The translations under genes were made by a program, and so were the position numbers. A model generated the notes under the pieces. The model made no database searches. It was not told the DNA's origin and saw nothing but the letters and a program-made list of their open reading frames with translations. From the IMG/VR virus record IMGVR_UViG_3300034071_002361, positions 1 to 57,495 of that record: a DNA stretch of 57,495 bases; one strand, 5' to 3'. Of this stretch, positions 44,101 through 51,603 are shown one piece after another. Origin of the DNA: a virus (lineage: Duplodnaviria > Caudoviricetes). Each line of letters begins with the position of its first letter. The first letter of the stretch is position 1.

Positions 44101-47100
44101 GCGAACGGCATCCACTACAGCGGCACCGCCGGGCTCACTGCGCTCGACGGCAAGTTCGCTGGAGCTGGCTCTGCCGGCAATGAGCGTCGCCGATTCGGCA
44201 CTGGCCAGTACGGTGCTCGCGCTGAGCCGGGCGACACCGGCCGCCGCCTGTACTTCTACGTGCAGGAAGGCGACACGCCGCCGCGCAAGGAGGACGTCGT
44301 CGCCGGCAACAACCGCTACGCGGTCGAGCTGACGAACCTCTACGACTACGAGGCAGACCCGCGCGGACTGCGCGAGGATGCCGGCGCGAACATGGACTAC
44401 CTCGAGGAGCTGGTGAACGACGCCGGCTTCGACGGCCTTCTGCTGCCTCCGCTCGCTGGCATCGAAGGCAAGATCGCGATCCTGCACGGGCTCAAGAAGA
44501 AGGTGCCGATCATCAGCGCGCCGCTGCAGTCGCGCAGCAAATCGGCGATCGGCGACGAGTGGGGCGCCAGCCACTCCGGCAGCTCGGCCATCACCACGGC
44601 GTCGATGCAGATCATGGCGATCCCGGGCCGCGAGATGGAGCAGTGGCGATCGCGTGAGAGCGTCGATCGACTCGAGCGCATGGCCGTCACTGCCCTGTCC
44701 GAGATTGCCGCTGATCGCGAAGGCTCCGAGGAGCGCCTGTACCACGGCTTCGAAGATGTCGACGGCCGCGAGTTCCCGATCGGTCGAGTGGTCAAGCTCG
44801 GCTTGACGTCTGCCAGTGGCGACCTCAGCAGCTCCGCCTCGTATGGCATCCGCCTCGATGAGGCTGACCAGCGCGGCACGCCGACGGCCTATGAGTTCCC
44901 TGTCGGAACTCCGATGTCGGCATACGGAGTCTGGAGCGAGGCCGACGCTCGCGAGTTCGGGCACCGCTATTCGGAGGCCATCGTTGCCGGCGAGTACGAG
45001 GTCACCGGAGTTCGCGAAGAGCGCGCAAGCAACTGGCGCCGCACCCCTGTGCGCGTCGTGTCGCTCAAGCCCCTTCGCGTCTTCGATCCTCAGGCCATGC
45101 AGTGGACGCCTGTCGGTGACGCGCCGCTGCAGTCGCGCCAGACGCAGGACGCCCGCGCTGCCGCAGCAGCTCTCCGCACGCGCAAGTCGCAGCTCGCTCG
45201 CGAGCTGACCACGAACCTGACCACTGCCGAACAGGTCAAGGCGTGGACGCAGCGCGCTCGCCTGTTGATCGGCGAGGTGTCGACGTCGCGCGACTTCGCC
45301 GAAGAGATCGTCGAGGCCAAGCGCATGCTGACGCCTGAGCGCCGCGACGCACTGCAGGGCGACCGCGAGGCGCTGAAGCGTTACGACGCGGTGCGCGACA
45401 TGATCGCGATCGCCGAGCAGGGCATGTCCGCAGTCCGCTCGAAGCAGGCGCAGGCCAATCGCCTGCTGGACAAGGTCGAGCGCCGCACGTCGACGATGTC
45501 GTTGGCCGAGCGCGAGGCGCTGGTCGACGAGCTGACTGGCGCACTCGATGAGGCAGAGCGTGCCTACGTCGCCGCAAAGCGAATCGCCGACTGGCGCGCG
45601 GCCAACGACTACAAGGTGATCAAGGCGCACAAGAAGCGCAGCGACATGCTCGACTTCCTCGCTGCCGAGGGCTACCAGCAGGGCAGCTTCCTGTGGGCAA
45701 GCAACGGCATCAAGGATCTCGCGGCCAAGGCGAAGCGGTACTTCCGCCGCCTGCTGCAGGACAAGATGATCGACATGCGCGACGTGCAGGACGAGATCGA
45801 GCGCCAGCTCGGCCGTTCGATCGACGACCTGCAGAACGTGTACCGCATGGAGAACCTGATGCACGGCAAGACCGCCGATCGCATCGAGTCCTTCCGCGTG
45901 AAGCTGGTCGAGCCGCTGAAGGCTGCGGTCAAGGCGACTGGCCTGTCTCAGGACGCCGTCGACAAGTACCTCTGGGCGAAGCACGCCAAGGAGCGCAACG
46001 CCAAGATCCGGGCGATCCGCCCGGGCGTGGACGACGGCAGCGGCATGACCGACGCCGAGGCCGATGCCCAGCTCGCCAGCTACACCCCGGAGCAGCTCGC
46101 CTCTCTGGAGGCCGTCAGCCGCCGCGTGGAGGCCGTGAGGCGCGCCTCGCTGCAGACGCTGGTCGAGGCAGGGCAGCTGACCGCGGAGGCCGCACAGGCG
46201 ATCCAGAGCAGCTACAGCCACTACGTCCCGCTGCGCGGCAAGGACGGCGAGGGCGAGGAGCGCGTCGGCGGCCGCGGCACTGGGCAGGGCATCAGCGCCG
46301 GCAGCCCGGGCGTGCAGCGCGCGCTCGGCCGCAAGACCCCGCCGAAGAACATCCTCGCCGAGCTTGTCGGCGACGGCGAGCGCGCCATCGTGCAGGCCGG
46401 CAAGGCCGAGGTCGGGCGCTCCCTGCTGCGTCTGGTGCTGTCGTACCCGAACCCGGGCCTGTGGTCGCTCGAGCCGGTCGTGCTCGAGCCGAAGTTCAGC
46501 GAGGCGACCGGCGAGGTGTACCTGTCGATCGGCACGCCGGACGACGCCGAGACGGTGATCGTGAAGCACAACGGCAAGCCGTACCGCGTGCAGATCAAGC
46601 ACCCGCGATTGGTCGAGGCGCTGAAGAACACTGGCGTCACTGGCACCGAGTGGGCGGTGAAGTACATCGGCTGGGTCAACCGCTGGTTCTCCGCGGTCTT
46701 CACCCGGTTCAACCCGGGCTTCGTGCCGGTGAACCTTGCGCGCGACCTGCTGCAGGGCGCGAGCGGCCTGTACGCGGAGCTGGGCGCCAAGAGCGCCGGC
46801 GTTGTGCTGGCCAACTGGCGCGCCGCCTTCGCTGCTTCGTATCGCGATTCGCGCGGCCAGCGCGGCGACAGCACCATTGCCGACGACAAGAAGGCCATGG
46901 TCGACTGGGCCCGCGAGTTCGCAGAGCAGGGCGGCAAGACCGGCTACACCGCAATGGAAGACTCGGACACGCTGCAGCAGAAGATCGAGGACTCGATGCT
47001 CCCGATCGCTGACGTCGTGCGCAAGCACAAGGGCAACCCGATCCCGGTGCTCGCACAGGTCTTCGAGCGCAGCGACACGCTTCAGTGGATCGAGGACGTC

Positions 47101-48516
47101 AACGACGGCGTCGAGAATGCTCTGCGCATCGCGACCTACGCTCACCTCCGCAAGGACAAGGGCTGGTCGAAGCAGCGTGCAGCGACCTACGCGAAGGAGA
47201 TGACGGTCAACTTCAACCGCAAGGGCATGGCTGGCTCCTTCATAAACTCGCTGTACCTGTTCTTCAATGCGGCCGTGCAGGGCTCGCGTCGCACACTGCA
47301 GCTCATGAACCACCCGAAGGTCAGGGTCATGCTCGGCGGTCTGGCCATGGGCCAGTTCGCCTTTGCCATGGCGCTCGGCATGCAGACGTTCGGCGATGAC
47401 GACGACGAGACGCTGTGGGAGAAGATCCCCGACCACGCCAAGCGCCGCGGCTTCATCATCCCGCTGGGCTTCGACGACGACGGCACCGCCCGCTACATCT
47501 CGATCCCGATGCCGTTCGGCTTCAACGTGTTCCCGGCGACTGGCGGCTACCTCGCCAACTACCTGAGCCCGAACTGGCGCGGCCGCATGGGCGACTCGCC
47601 GATCAAGCACGGCACCGAGGCGATGGCATACATGACCTCGACTGCGATCGACGCAGTGAGCCCTGTCCCGGTCGGCGAGGAGGGCTGGTTCCAGCCGACG
47701 CTGGTCCGCCTCTACACCAACCTCGAGCGCAACAAGGACGACCTCGGCCGGCGCATTCGCCCGAGCGAGGACTTCAGTGAGTTCGACCTGCCGCGCGCCG
47801 CGCTTTACACGCCGGGCACGCCGGAGTCGCTGGTGCTTATCGCCAAGGGCCTGAACCGCCTCGGCGGCGGCGATGACCTGACCCCGCCGAAGCTTGCGCC
47901 AAGCTTCACCGACGTCAGCCCGAACGACCTCGAGTACCTGCTTGGCCAGTTCACTGGCGGCCCGGGAACGGTGCTGCTGCAGTCGACGCGTGCAGCGACG
48001 CGCGAGCTGGCGATCGGCGACATGGCCAGCTTCGACATCCCGGTCGTGCGTGCGGTGTCCGGTGGCGTGCGCCCTGAGCAGCGCGAGGCTGCGCGCTTCT
48101 ACGACAACAAGGACACCTACGAGCGCAACCTCGAGCGCATCCAAGTGGCCTATGCCGAAGGTGGTATCGAGGAGATGCGTCGCGTGCAGGCCGAGCTTGG
48201 CCCGGCCTACGCGGGCATCGATCCGAAGATTCGCAAGACGACCACGGAGAACGGCGAAGCCGGCACTGCGTTCGTCAACGCCAGCGGCCAGCCTCAGCTG
48301 GCGCCGCTGGAGGGCAGCGTGCTTGAGGAGTACCGCGCCGCGGAGAGGGATCTGCGCGAGATCTCAGCGGCAATGCGCGCGGTCTACAACAACCGCGACC
48401 TCGGCCCTATCGAGCGCCAGCGCCAGCTCGTCGAGCTTCAGCGCAAGCGCGAGGATGCGACCAAGGAGTTCAACCGCCTGATGTCCCGGGCGAATGTCGC
48501 AAGGTCGGGCGGCTAG
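38155..48516 (+). CDS. Giant polyvalent ejection-type protein: GGDEF, HExxxH metallopeptidase, glycosylase-like, HDxxGH, two ART-like and LPD38-like C-terminal domains
   Basis: 3453-aa ORF with GAGG SD; motifs RTGGDEV, HELAGH..EEALAE, GWY/LAVTS/TMDLW/QAALW, HDAFGH, IHYS/LYFY, LYHG/TSAS/SEAIV, NP.F...N..RD, TVNFNRKG, LYLFFNAAVQG, IPMPFG. Confidence 0.85.
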   Translation: MRRIQVPSGRIFEFPTDATDDQINEFLSGLDQRTLSEERSTARAAGDIGVDFAAGVAGMVPTAIDAVQVDEVPRAVTAEGRARALMGETAGDIVGAIQSVSPAGDIEKRTIRATEMAAGGLRGAGETLQEVGAMPGRPVEQALTATGIPGAALIGRNVDKIGGFLQRAGDFIGGDIAEARATENAQRVAAGQKTLEQESQQQVTSRAANAVSGFVDDQANNLRSDYANAISAEMGKAIDGGVGTTAEFIADSPGEALSAVLGGSAAYLIPGLASARLAKIAGASEGLATAAAVQGTSAVVSAQGAEGARDLVMGMSEEQLLSVPEYMAERDRGLDHEQAQLAIANKAYDAAAGAGFALNATTGAVAQRLGLAPVEQLMARGGRIPGVGRVAGAVGSAIREAPGEALQGAGEALGQNLGGVAAGTMEGRDAFEGVGANALLEAAAGAGIGGITGFVAPQAKAAEVTSQPTDQTNPAAQAARDVAEIYSAARQAEQERPSAPPATAPVDAAPEQPAPATASPASLMGGFAAATPLDQNAKPADELEAQLQQAGAAPVIRPAAEPEGMAALEAFQRQQAAQNPPASTSAPLGETPQHDGAVTPGAQSRPRPRDLPAVVPSPKRAKVPLRELKAAGQTQLPPIRPAVPVRAPVVAPPPDVAAAVAAQPDRISFSDNDVVARAKLEQTFLGFGIEPELARTMAQNDTVPSGAIRDSVTGGFDGRADGVKSGTLQRAIDHVDQTGEDSFFVSADISNLGGLNKFHNDVADEANRDFRGLTDVLLEELRATGADVVPMRTGGDEVGYVVVNASQEAVNAATERARSRAVEYARSRGFDQIPHTKASRTDKGVTFHTGVARIQPGLTVEEIAREADLGVNASKNAASPTKETSTNERREATGEAGPLASGGQAGRAAGGDAAAAGGTAGEVGSTAQRADGQRPGAAPQPDGGSPGQVAGGTAPASAGARIDPFVESTVRALGLSPDAVAIVDAPSDLPAGVSSRGLDGKTEGIYDPKTGKVYLFRGALVSPSRAVWVTLHELAGHKGLRALLPQEQFARTMQEAGTNPTIRGIAMAMMAEARAEAEAGAAGARPATDPTLFIEEALAEYTAAWFTGDIDALMDRYGDAVMFSRQQTAEIDSRIEQERKAAEGVVKRAIAAVKRALFNTPDVGTRLRMSDAEVVGLISNAYKSLRAGQKQAAEGATMQSRVPLSSKWMTEDFAKARKQLGLSVDGENKVRSVGEALDAYVAKRNGRIEPKDRSPEAMTKIAAAMADEVMVQIGDTAQQTGSGVGWYSVNYPNAVRRLASRFPELDSDSEAAARGMVNADSARNLFTMILAVTSNGEKVRQNLKMATEMFAAFRDGASLRDAMPGTRRAEALENNIEVIDQLISRFGMDGIRQHLLSEMTVKEINAELRKRGEKPSSDYTADMTLPRSALYFGAKLGAFYANLAGSTGYLTMDLWWSRSFNRYRANMLPAPTDSGMAALRGLLGLPDSASMEQLIEAATPYWKAYKDRGYKDGSDIEKKANTFIKAAVLELNEAPTSATERKFMVETAIEAQRRLRRRGVDLTLADIQAALWYYEKRLYDGLGVRGRDDIGYEEAINEQAQGDRPDGPAARGGGSGGDVVEPGRSGAEADGARGRRAGRGLARAGRDARGQDAGAEPQPALQSRLPGAPVVRGFDGPDPRLVAVAEQYARDNGIQLRRQAEYVKVDPERAKRIADAYEAMEHAPNDPRVRAAYRSLIDQTLAQYRALEAAGYRFWFIDLESEAGQQYTSSPWNAMRDIRANQRMGVFPTAEGFGSGASDLDVADNPMLEDTGIRWPFGGPDGEAKPVLANDLFRAVHDAFGHGIEGSGFRADGEENAWQAHVRLFTGDAVAAITSETRGQNSWLNFGPFGERNRTASAEETVFADQKTGLMPEWTWLEGRAGDMQEDANEQEQADTRAAADGQPGVRRDGAPGSAGGPLQSRSFPEDAPSFRQRKQQKDAVSANGIHYSGTAGLTALDGKFAGAGSAGNERRRFGTGQYGARAEPGDTGRRLYFYVQEGDTPPRKEDVVAGNNRYAVELTNLYDYEADPRGLREDAGANMDYLEELVNDAGFDGLLLPPLAGIEGKIAILHGLKKKVPIISAPLQSRSKSAIGDEWGASHSGSSAITTASMQIMAIPGREMEQWRSRESVDRLERMAVTALSEIAADREGSEERLYHGFEDVDGREFPIGRVVKLGLTSASGDLSSSASYGIRLDEADQRGTPTAYEFPVGTPMSAYGVWSEADAREFGHRYSEAIVAGEYEVTGVREERASNWRRTPVRVVSLKPLRVFDPQAMQWTPVGDAPLQSRQTQDARAAAAALRTRKSQLARELTTNLTTAEQVKAWTQRARLLIGEVSTSRDFAEEIVEAKRMLTPERRDALQGDREALKRYDAVRDMIAIAEQGMSAVRSKQAQANRLLDKVERRTSTMSLAEREALVDELTGALDEAERAYVAAKRIADWRAANDYKVIKAHKKRSDMLDFLAAEGYQQGSFLWASNGIKDLAAKAKRYFRRLLQDKMIDMRDVQDEIERQLGRSIDDLQNVYRMENLMHGKTADRIESFRVKLVEPLKAAVKATGLSQDAVDKYLWAKHAKERNAKIRAIRPGVDDGSGMTDAEADAQLASYTPEQLASLEAVSRRVEAVRRASLQTLVEAGQLTAEAAQAIQSSYSHYVPLRGKDGEGEERVGGRGTGQGISAGSPGVQRALGRKTPPKNILAELVGDGERAIVQAGKAEVGRSLLRLVLSYPNPGLWSLEPVVLEPKFSEATGEVYLSIGTPDDAETVIVKHNGKPYRVQIKHPRLVEALKNTGVTGTEWAVKYIGWVNRWFSAVFTRFNPGFVPVNLARDLLQGASGLYAELGAKSAGVVLANWRAAFAASYRDSRGQRGDSTIADDKKAMVDWAREFAEQGGKTGYTAMEDSDTLQQKIEDSMLPIADVVRKHKGNPIPVLAQVFERSDTLQWIEDVNDGVENALRIATYAHLRKDKGWSKQRAATYAKEMTVNFNRKGMAGSFINSLYLFFNAAVQGSRRTLQLMNHPKVRVMLGGLAMGQFAFAMALGMQTFGDDDDETLWEKIPDHAKRRGFIIPLGFDDDGTARYISIPMPFGFNVFPATGGYLANYLSPNWRGRMGDSPIKHGTEAMAYMTSTAIDAVSPVPVGEEGWFQPTLVRLYTNLERNKDDLGRRIRPSEDFSEFDLPRAALYTPGTPESLVLIAKGLNRLGGGDDLTPPKLAPSFTDVSPNDLEYLLGQFTGGPGTVLLQSTRAATRELAIGDMASFDIPVVRAVSGGVRPEQREAARFYDNKDTYERNLERIQVAYAEGGIEEMRRVQAELGPAYAGIDPKIRKTTTENGEAGTAFVNASGQPQLAPLEGSVLEEYRAAERDLREISAAMRAVYNNRDLGPIERQRQLVELQRKREDATKEFNRLMSRANVARSGG
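40814..41002 (+). CDS. Nested +1-frame small ORF after the GGDEF domain (62 aa)
   Basis: AAGGAG SD 10 nt before ATG; MSDEKRLERLGLSHLADKPDELQAETQRQLAELRAK is helical and protein-like. Confidence 0.55.
   Translation: MSDEKRLERLGLSHLADKPDELQAETQRQLAELRAKSDRLRSERMASAPAPRRSPMAAAPAK
42944..43165 (+). CDS. Nested +1-frame small ORF after the glycosylase-like domain (73 aa)
   Basis: GAGGAGG SD 6 nt before ATG; MNKPKVIDPTDPLHEAVDRAVMSSNPADRAQKLMALAG. Confidence 0.6.
   Translation: MNKPKVIDPTDPLHEAVDRAVMSSNPADRAQKLMALAGVEPAEDSPEQGAMRVAKMRAQNRSLLSRAASPARR
43940..44098 (+). CDS. Nested +1-frame small ORF after the HDxxGH domain (52 aa)
   Basis: AGGAGG SD 6 nt before ATG; MNKSKPTPAPPPMDSPEFDAMVRRAVQADL. 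Confidence 0.55.
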   Translation: MNKSKPTPAPPPMDSPEFDAMVRRAVQADLSSRAASPKTPRPSGSASSKKTR

Positions 48517-48823
48517 GCCGCTCCTGCCGTCGCTTCTCTGCCAGCTCGACGAGGTCGGCGGGGAAGTGGCGGCAGCCGGCGCATCGCCAGTTCTCCGCCA
48601 TGGGCACGGGGTCGGTGCTGGGATCGCTGGCCCACGACATGCACTTCTGGGTGAAGGCCCATGGGATAAGCGTCACGCGCTGAGTCACATCGACGGTCAT
48701 CGTCTCGATGTTGGTGGCGATGGGTACTCGACCCTCGTTCGCCGGGTAGCTCGCCATTGCCTCGCCGTTGTAGCAGAGCGGGCGCATTGCCGGCCCGCCT
48801 GTGCCTTGCGTCGGGCGCGTCAT
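48470..48823 (-). CDS. Cys-containing hypothetical protein, convergent overlap with the giant gene
   Basis: RPLCYN...IPWAFTQKC...WRCAGCRH. Confidence 0.6.
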   Translation of the reverse strand: MTRPTQGTGGPAMRPLCYNGEAMASYPANEGRVPIATNIETMTVDVTQRVTLIPWAFTQKCMSWASDPSTDPVPMAENWRCAGCRHFPADLVELAEKRRQERPSRPTLRHSPGTSGG

Positions 48824-48993
48824 GTGAGGCCCGCCTTCGCCCGGCGGAACGAGATTTGCTGCCGATGGCACAGCGCCTTCAGCGCGCCGACGGTGACGTC
48901 GTAGTGCTTGGCCACCTCCTTCAAGGTCTGCGTCTTCGCGCGCTCGCGCACGTCGCCGATCTCCGCGGTGGTCCACACAGCACGAGCCCTCAT
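48820..48993 (-). CDS. Small HTH-like protein
   Basis: WTTAEI...TLKEVAKHYDVTVGALKALC. Confidence 0.6.
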   Translation of the reverse strand: MRARAVWTTAEIGDVRERAKTQTLKEVAKHYDVTVGALKALCHRQQISFRRAKAGLT

Positions 48994-49178
48994 GCGCGCA
49001 CCTCGTGCTTGGTGCAGCCAAAGTCGGCAGGCGTGTAGAGCGCGTCGTTGCAATCGCCGCCGTCGATCCACCAGTTGACCTCAACCTGCATGCAGGGGCG
49101 GCGGCCCTGAATGTCTCCACCGCGCGAGTAGTCAATATTCGGGTGCCCCCAGTGCTTGCACGTCTCGCACCTGTTCAT
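48990..49178 (-). CDS. Small Cys-rich protein
   Basis: CETCKHW...C...TPADFGC..HE. Confidence 0.65.
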   Translation of the reverse strand: MNRCETCKHWGHPNIDYSRGGDIQGRRPCMQVEVNWWIDGGDCNDALYTPADFGCTKHEVRA

Positions 49179-49384
49179 GCGCGCACCGCGAAGCGCGCGG
49201 TGTCCTGCGCTTCCCAGAGTTCGATGGCCTGCTGCAGCGTCGGCATCTTCGCCGTGCGCAGTCCGCACGGGTAGCACTCCAGCAGGTGCTGGTCCCTGCC
49301 GAGGACGTGGTAGTGCTTCGGCTGCTTGCCGCAGCCGGGGCATCCGGCAAGCGTGCCCTCGATCTTGATCTGGCGTTGGATCAT
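49175..49384 (-). CDS. Lar-like (restriction alleviation) zinc-finger protein
   Basis: L.GCPGCG.....EC.PCG.......AIELW; AAGGAG SD. Confidence 0.6.
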   Translation of the reverse strand: MIQRQIKIEGTLAGCPGCGKQPKHYHVLGRDQHLLECYPCGLRTAKMPTLQQAIELWEAQDTARFAVRA

Positions 49385-49436
49385 GGTCGTCTCCTTGGGG
49401 TGCCGGGCCAGCTCGTCCTCTGGCCCGGCGTGCTGC

Positions 49437-49649
49437 TTAGAGCGGGAGCTGCTGCTGCGCAACGCGCGGCTGCGTCTCGGCCACTTCGAGCACGATGCCC
49501 GTCATGGCAAGGCGCGCCGCGTCGGCCGCGCTCGGCTTGGTGACCTCGTAGTCGGACTCGGCGACGTGCCGGATGGCGGTCGACGGGATCGGCGCTTCGA
49601 CGAGCCGTGTGACGCCGGTGTGGATGTTCTTGATCTGGTACAGGGGCAT
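49437..49649 (-). CDS. Conserved phage hypothetical protein
   Basis: RLVEA..PS.AIRHVA...Y.V....A.D...L...GI.LE; GAGGAG SD. Confidence 0.65.
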   Translation of the reverse strand: MPLYQIKNIHTGVTRLVEAPIPSTAIRHVAESDYEVTKPSAADAARLAMTGIVLEVAETQPRVAQQQLPL

Positions 49650-49650
49650 C

Positions 49651-50403
49651 TCAGTTCTCCTCGGCGCTGGTGGAAGTCTGCGCGTCGCCGGCACCGGCAG
49701 CGTCCGCGAGTTCGTTGATTGCTTCGATGGAGCGAGGCTGGTTCGACTGCTGCTCCAGCCGCGCTTGCAGGTCGCTGATAGCAGCGCGATCGTTCTCCGT
49801 GATCCCGCGGTGCGGCTGCGTGGCGGTGACGTCCTCGGCCTCCTCCTTGGTCAGGAAGCCCATGGACACCTCGGGCGCGTAGATTCGGGACCAGAAGCCA
49901 GCGGCGCGGTACATGAACATCAGCTCCGGCATGGTCTTCCACTTCGAACCGGACTTCGTGGTCCAGCCCTCGGCGTCGGCCATCTGCCAAGTGATCCACG
50001 GGCCGATGCAGATCTCGCCCGTCTCGCGATCCTTAGCCATTGCTCGCACGGCGTACTCTTTCCTCGACGCGTCGTCGCCGCCGCGCGTTTCGAAGCGCAT
50101 CGGGGTGAAGCGGCCGCAGGTGTTGACGGTCGCGATCAGGAACGACGACGACCAGCTCGGCCGGCCTTGGATGATGTGCAGCGCCTGCATCACCTGCAGC
50201 GGGTTCGCGCGCAGGCGGTCGGCGATGTCGAGGGCGATGACGACGTTGGCCAGCTTGTCCGGGCCACGATAGGCCTCGGGCACGATGGTGCTGGCGCCGA
50301 ACGCACGGGCGCGGCGCTGCATCAGTTCCCAGTGCTGAGTCGCCTCGTTGCTCTGGGGGACAAGCGCGGCGCGCTCGGCCGCGGTGGTGATCTCGGTGGT
50401 CAT
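49651..50403 (-). CDS. RecT-like single-strand annealing protein
   Basis: IVPEAYRG...NVVIALDIA.RL..NPLQVMQ.L.II.GRPSWSS.F; KWKTMPELM..YRA..FW.R.YAPE. Confidence 0.8.
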   Translation of the reverse strand: MTTEITTAAERAALVPQSNEATQHWELMQRRARAFGASTIVPEAYRGPDKLANVVIALDIADRLRANPLQVMQALHIIQGRPSWSSSFLIATVNTCGRFTPMRFETRGGDDASRKEYAVRAMAKDRETGEICIGPWITWQMADAEGWTTKSGSKWKTMPELMFMYRAAGFWSRIYAPEVSMGFLTKEEAEDVTATQPHRGITENDRAAISDLQARLEQQSNQPRSIEAINELADAAGAGDAQTSTSAEEN

Positions 50404-50405
50404 GA

Positions 50406-51260
50406 TTAGCCTCGGTCGGAATAGGCCCAGCCCGGGAGGGTCAGGACTTCGATGTTGTCGGAGTAGGCGGGCCAGCGGCCGGTGCGCATGCACTCGGCCA
50501 GCTTGTCCATGGAGCGGTGCAGGATCTGGAAGCCGCGCTCTTCAGCGGCCGCGTCGATGTGATAGACGCCGACGGCGTGCGGCTTGGGCTTCTCGACCGG
50601 GAGCAGCAGGTAGTTGCGCAGCGGCCGGTCGTTCGCGGAAAAGCCGCTGCTGTAGTGGCAGTGCTGGCGGTGGTAGCCGTAGCGCGCAACGCTGCGACCG
50701 AACTCGATGGGGCTCGCATCCTCGGTGGACTTCAGGTCCATCGCGAACTGCAGCTCCTCGTGCCACCAGTCGGCGCGAGCCTTGCACAGCAGGCCGGTGC
50801 GCTTGTCGATCCAGCGCAGCGTGACCTCGGGCCTGCCACCTTCGATGATCAGGCGCGCGGTCTTGTGTCGGAGCACGGCGTCGCGCATGGCCATGGCCAG
50901 CTTCTTCTCGCCTTCCTCGACGACAGACGTTCCCGGGGGCAGAGACTTCAGCCACTCGTCGCGGATCGCCCGGTTGGTGCTCGACTGCATCTTGCCGAAG
51001 TACGGCATCTCGACGTAGTGCTCGTTGAACTTGTCCGGCTCGAGGATCGCAGAGTGAACGATGCGGCCGACACGAAAGTGCTGCTGCTCCTTGAACTCTT
51101 CGTCCGGGGTCTTCGGCTTGTTGCGGTCCTGCACCCACTGGAAGTAGTGGGCGGGTGTCCGCTCGTCGATGACCTTGAGGCCTGAGTTGTTGGCTTCGCC
51201 GAGCACGGTGCGGTGGTAATCCGCTGCCGGCTCGTCGAGAAAGATCCCGATGCGGGACAT
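50406..51260 (-). CDS. RecE/exonuclease VIII-like PD-(D/E)XK nuclease (DUF3799-like)
   Basis: YH...SGLK...PAHY...G...H.AILEP; E....W.D..TG..CKARADW...DLKST; YGYH.Q...Y. Confidence 0.88.
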   Translation of the reverse strand: MSRIGIFLDEPAADYHRTVLGEANNSGLKVIDERTPAHYFQWVQDRNKPKTPDEEFKEQQHFRVGRIVHSAILEPDKFNEHYVEMPYFGKMQSSTNRAIRDEWLKSLPPGTSVVEEGEKKLAMAMRDAVLRHKTARLIIEGGRPEVTLRWIDKRTGLLCKARADWWHEELQFAMDLKSTEDASPIEFGRSVARYGYHRQHCHYSSGFSANDRPLRNYLLLPVEKPKPHAVGVYHIDAAAEERGFQILHRSMDKLAECMRTGRWPAYSDNIEVLTLPGWAYSDRG

Positions 51261-51281
51261 GACGCCTCCTGATATTGCTGC

Positions 51282-51331
51282 GCTGGCCCATCCAGCCAAT
51301 GCAGAATACGCGCGGTGTACAGAAACTTCAA
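51282..51331 (-). promoter_or_regulatory. Promoter for the recombination module with a fifth leader hairpin
   Basis: TTGAAG-17-TATTCT; hairpin GCTGG-ATGGG-CCAGC; no CACGGC operator. Confidence 0.6.
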
Positions 51332-51342
51332 GAGGAGCTACG

Positions 51343-51603
51343 ATGAAGCTGCGCGAGTACATCGAGAAGGCATCACTGGATGGCGAGGGCTTGGGCCTGA
51401 CCAACCCGGTGCTGAAGCGGATTGCGTACCGGGCTCGCTGCAGCGAGCACATGGTGTATGCCATTGCGCGCGGGGTTCGGTTCGCCGGCATCGACCTCGC
51501 CGAGAAGATCAGCCGAGCTACCGAACGGCACGTGACCCCACTGGAGCTGATGAATGACAACCCCCGAAAGCGCGGACCAGCGCCTGCAAATCGCACTGAC
51601 TGA
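51343..51603 (+). CDS. Cro-like HTH transcriptional regulator
   Basis: GAGGAG SD; MKLREYI...IA....CS...VY.IA.G.R.....LA.KI..AT...VT..EL. Confidence 0.7.
   Translation: MKLREYIEKASLDGEGLGLTNPVLKRIAYRARCSEHMVYAIARGVRFAGIDLAEKISRATERHVTPLELMNDNPRKRGPAPANRTD

Noticed and set aside
38233-48144. 3303-aa antisense ORF opposite the giant gene
   Set aside because: Shadow frame produced by GC-rich codon bias; composition (V/L/G/R/D/H-rich) has no domain motifs, while the sense frame has many
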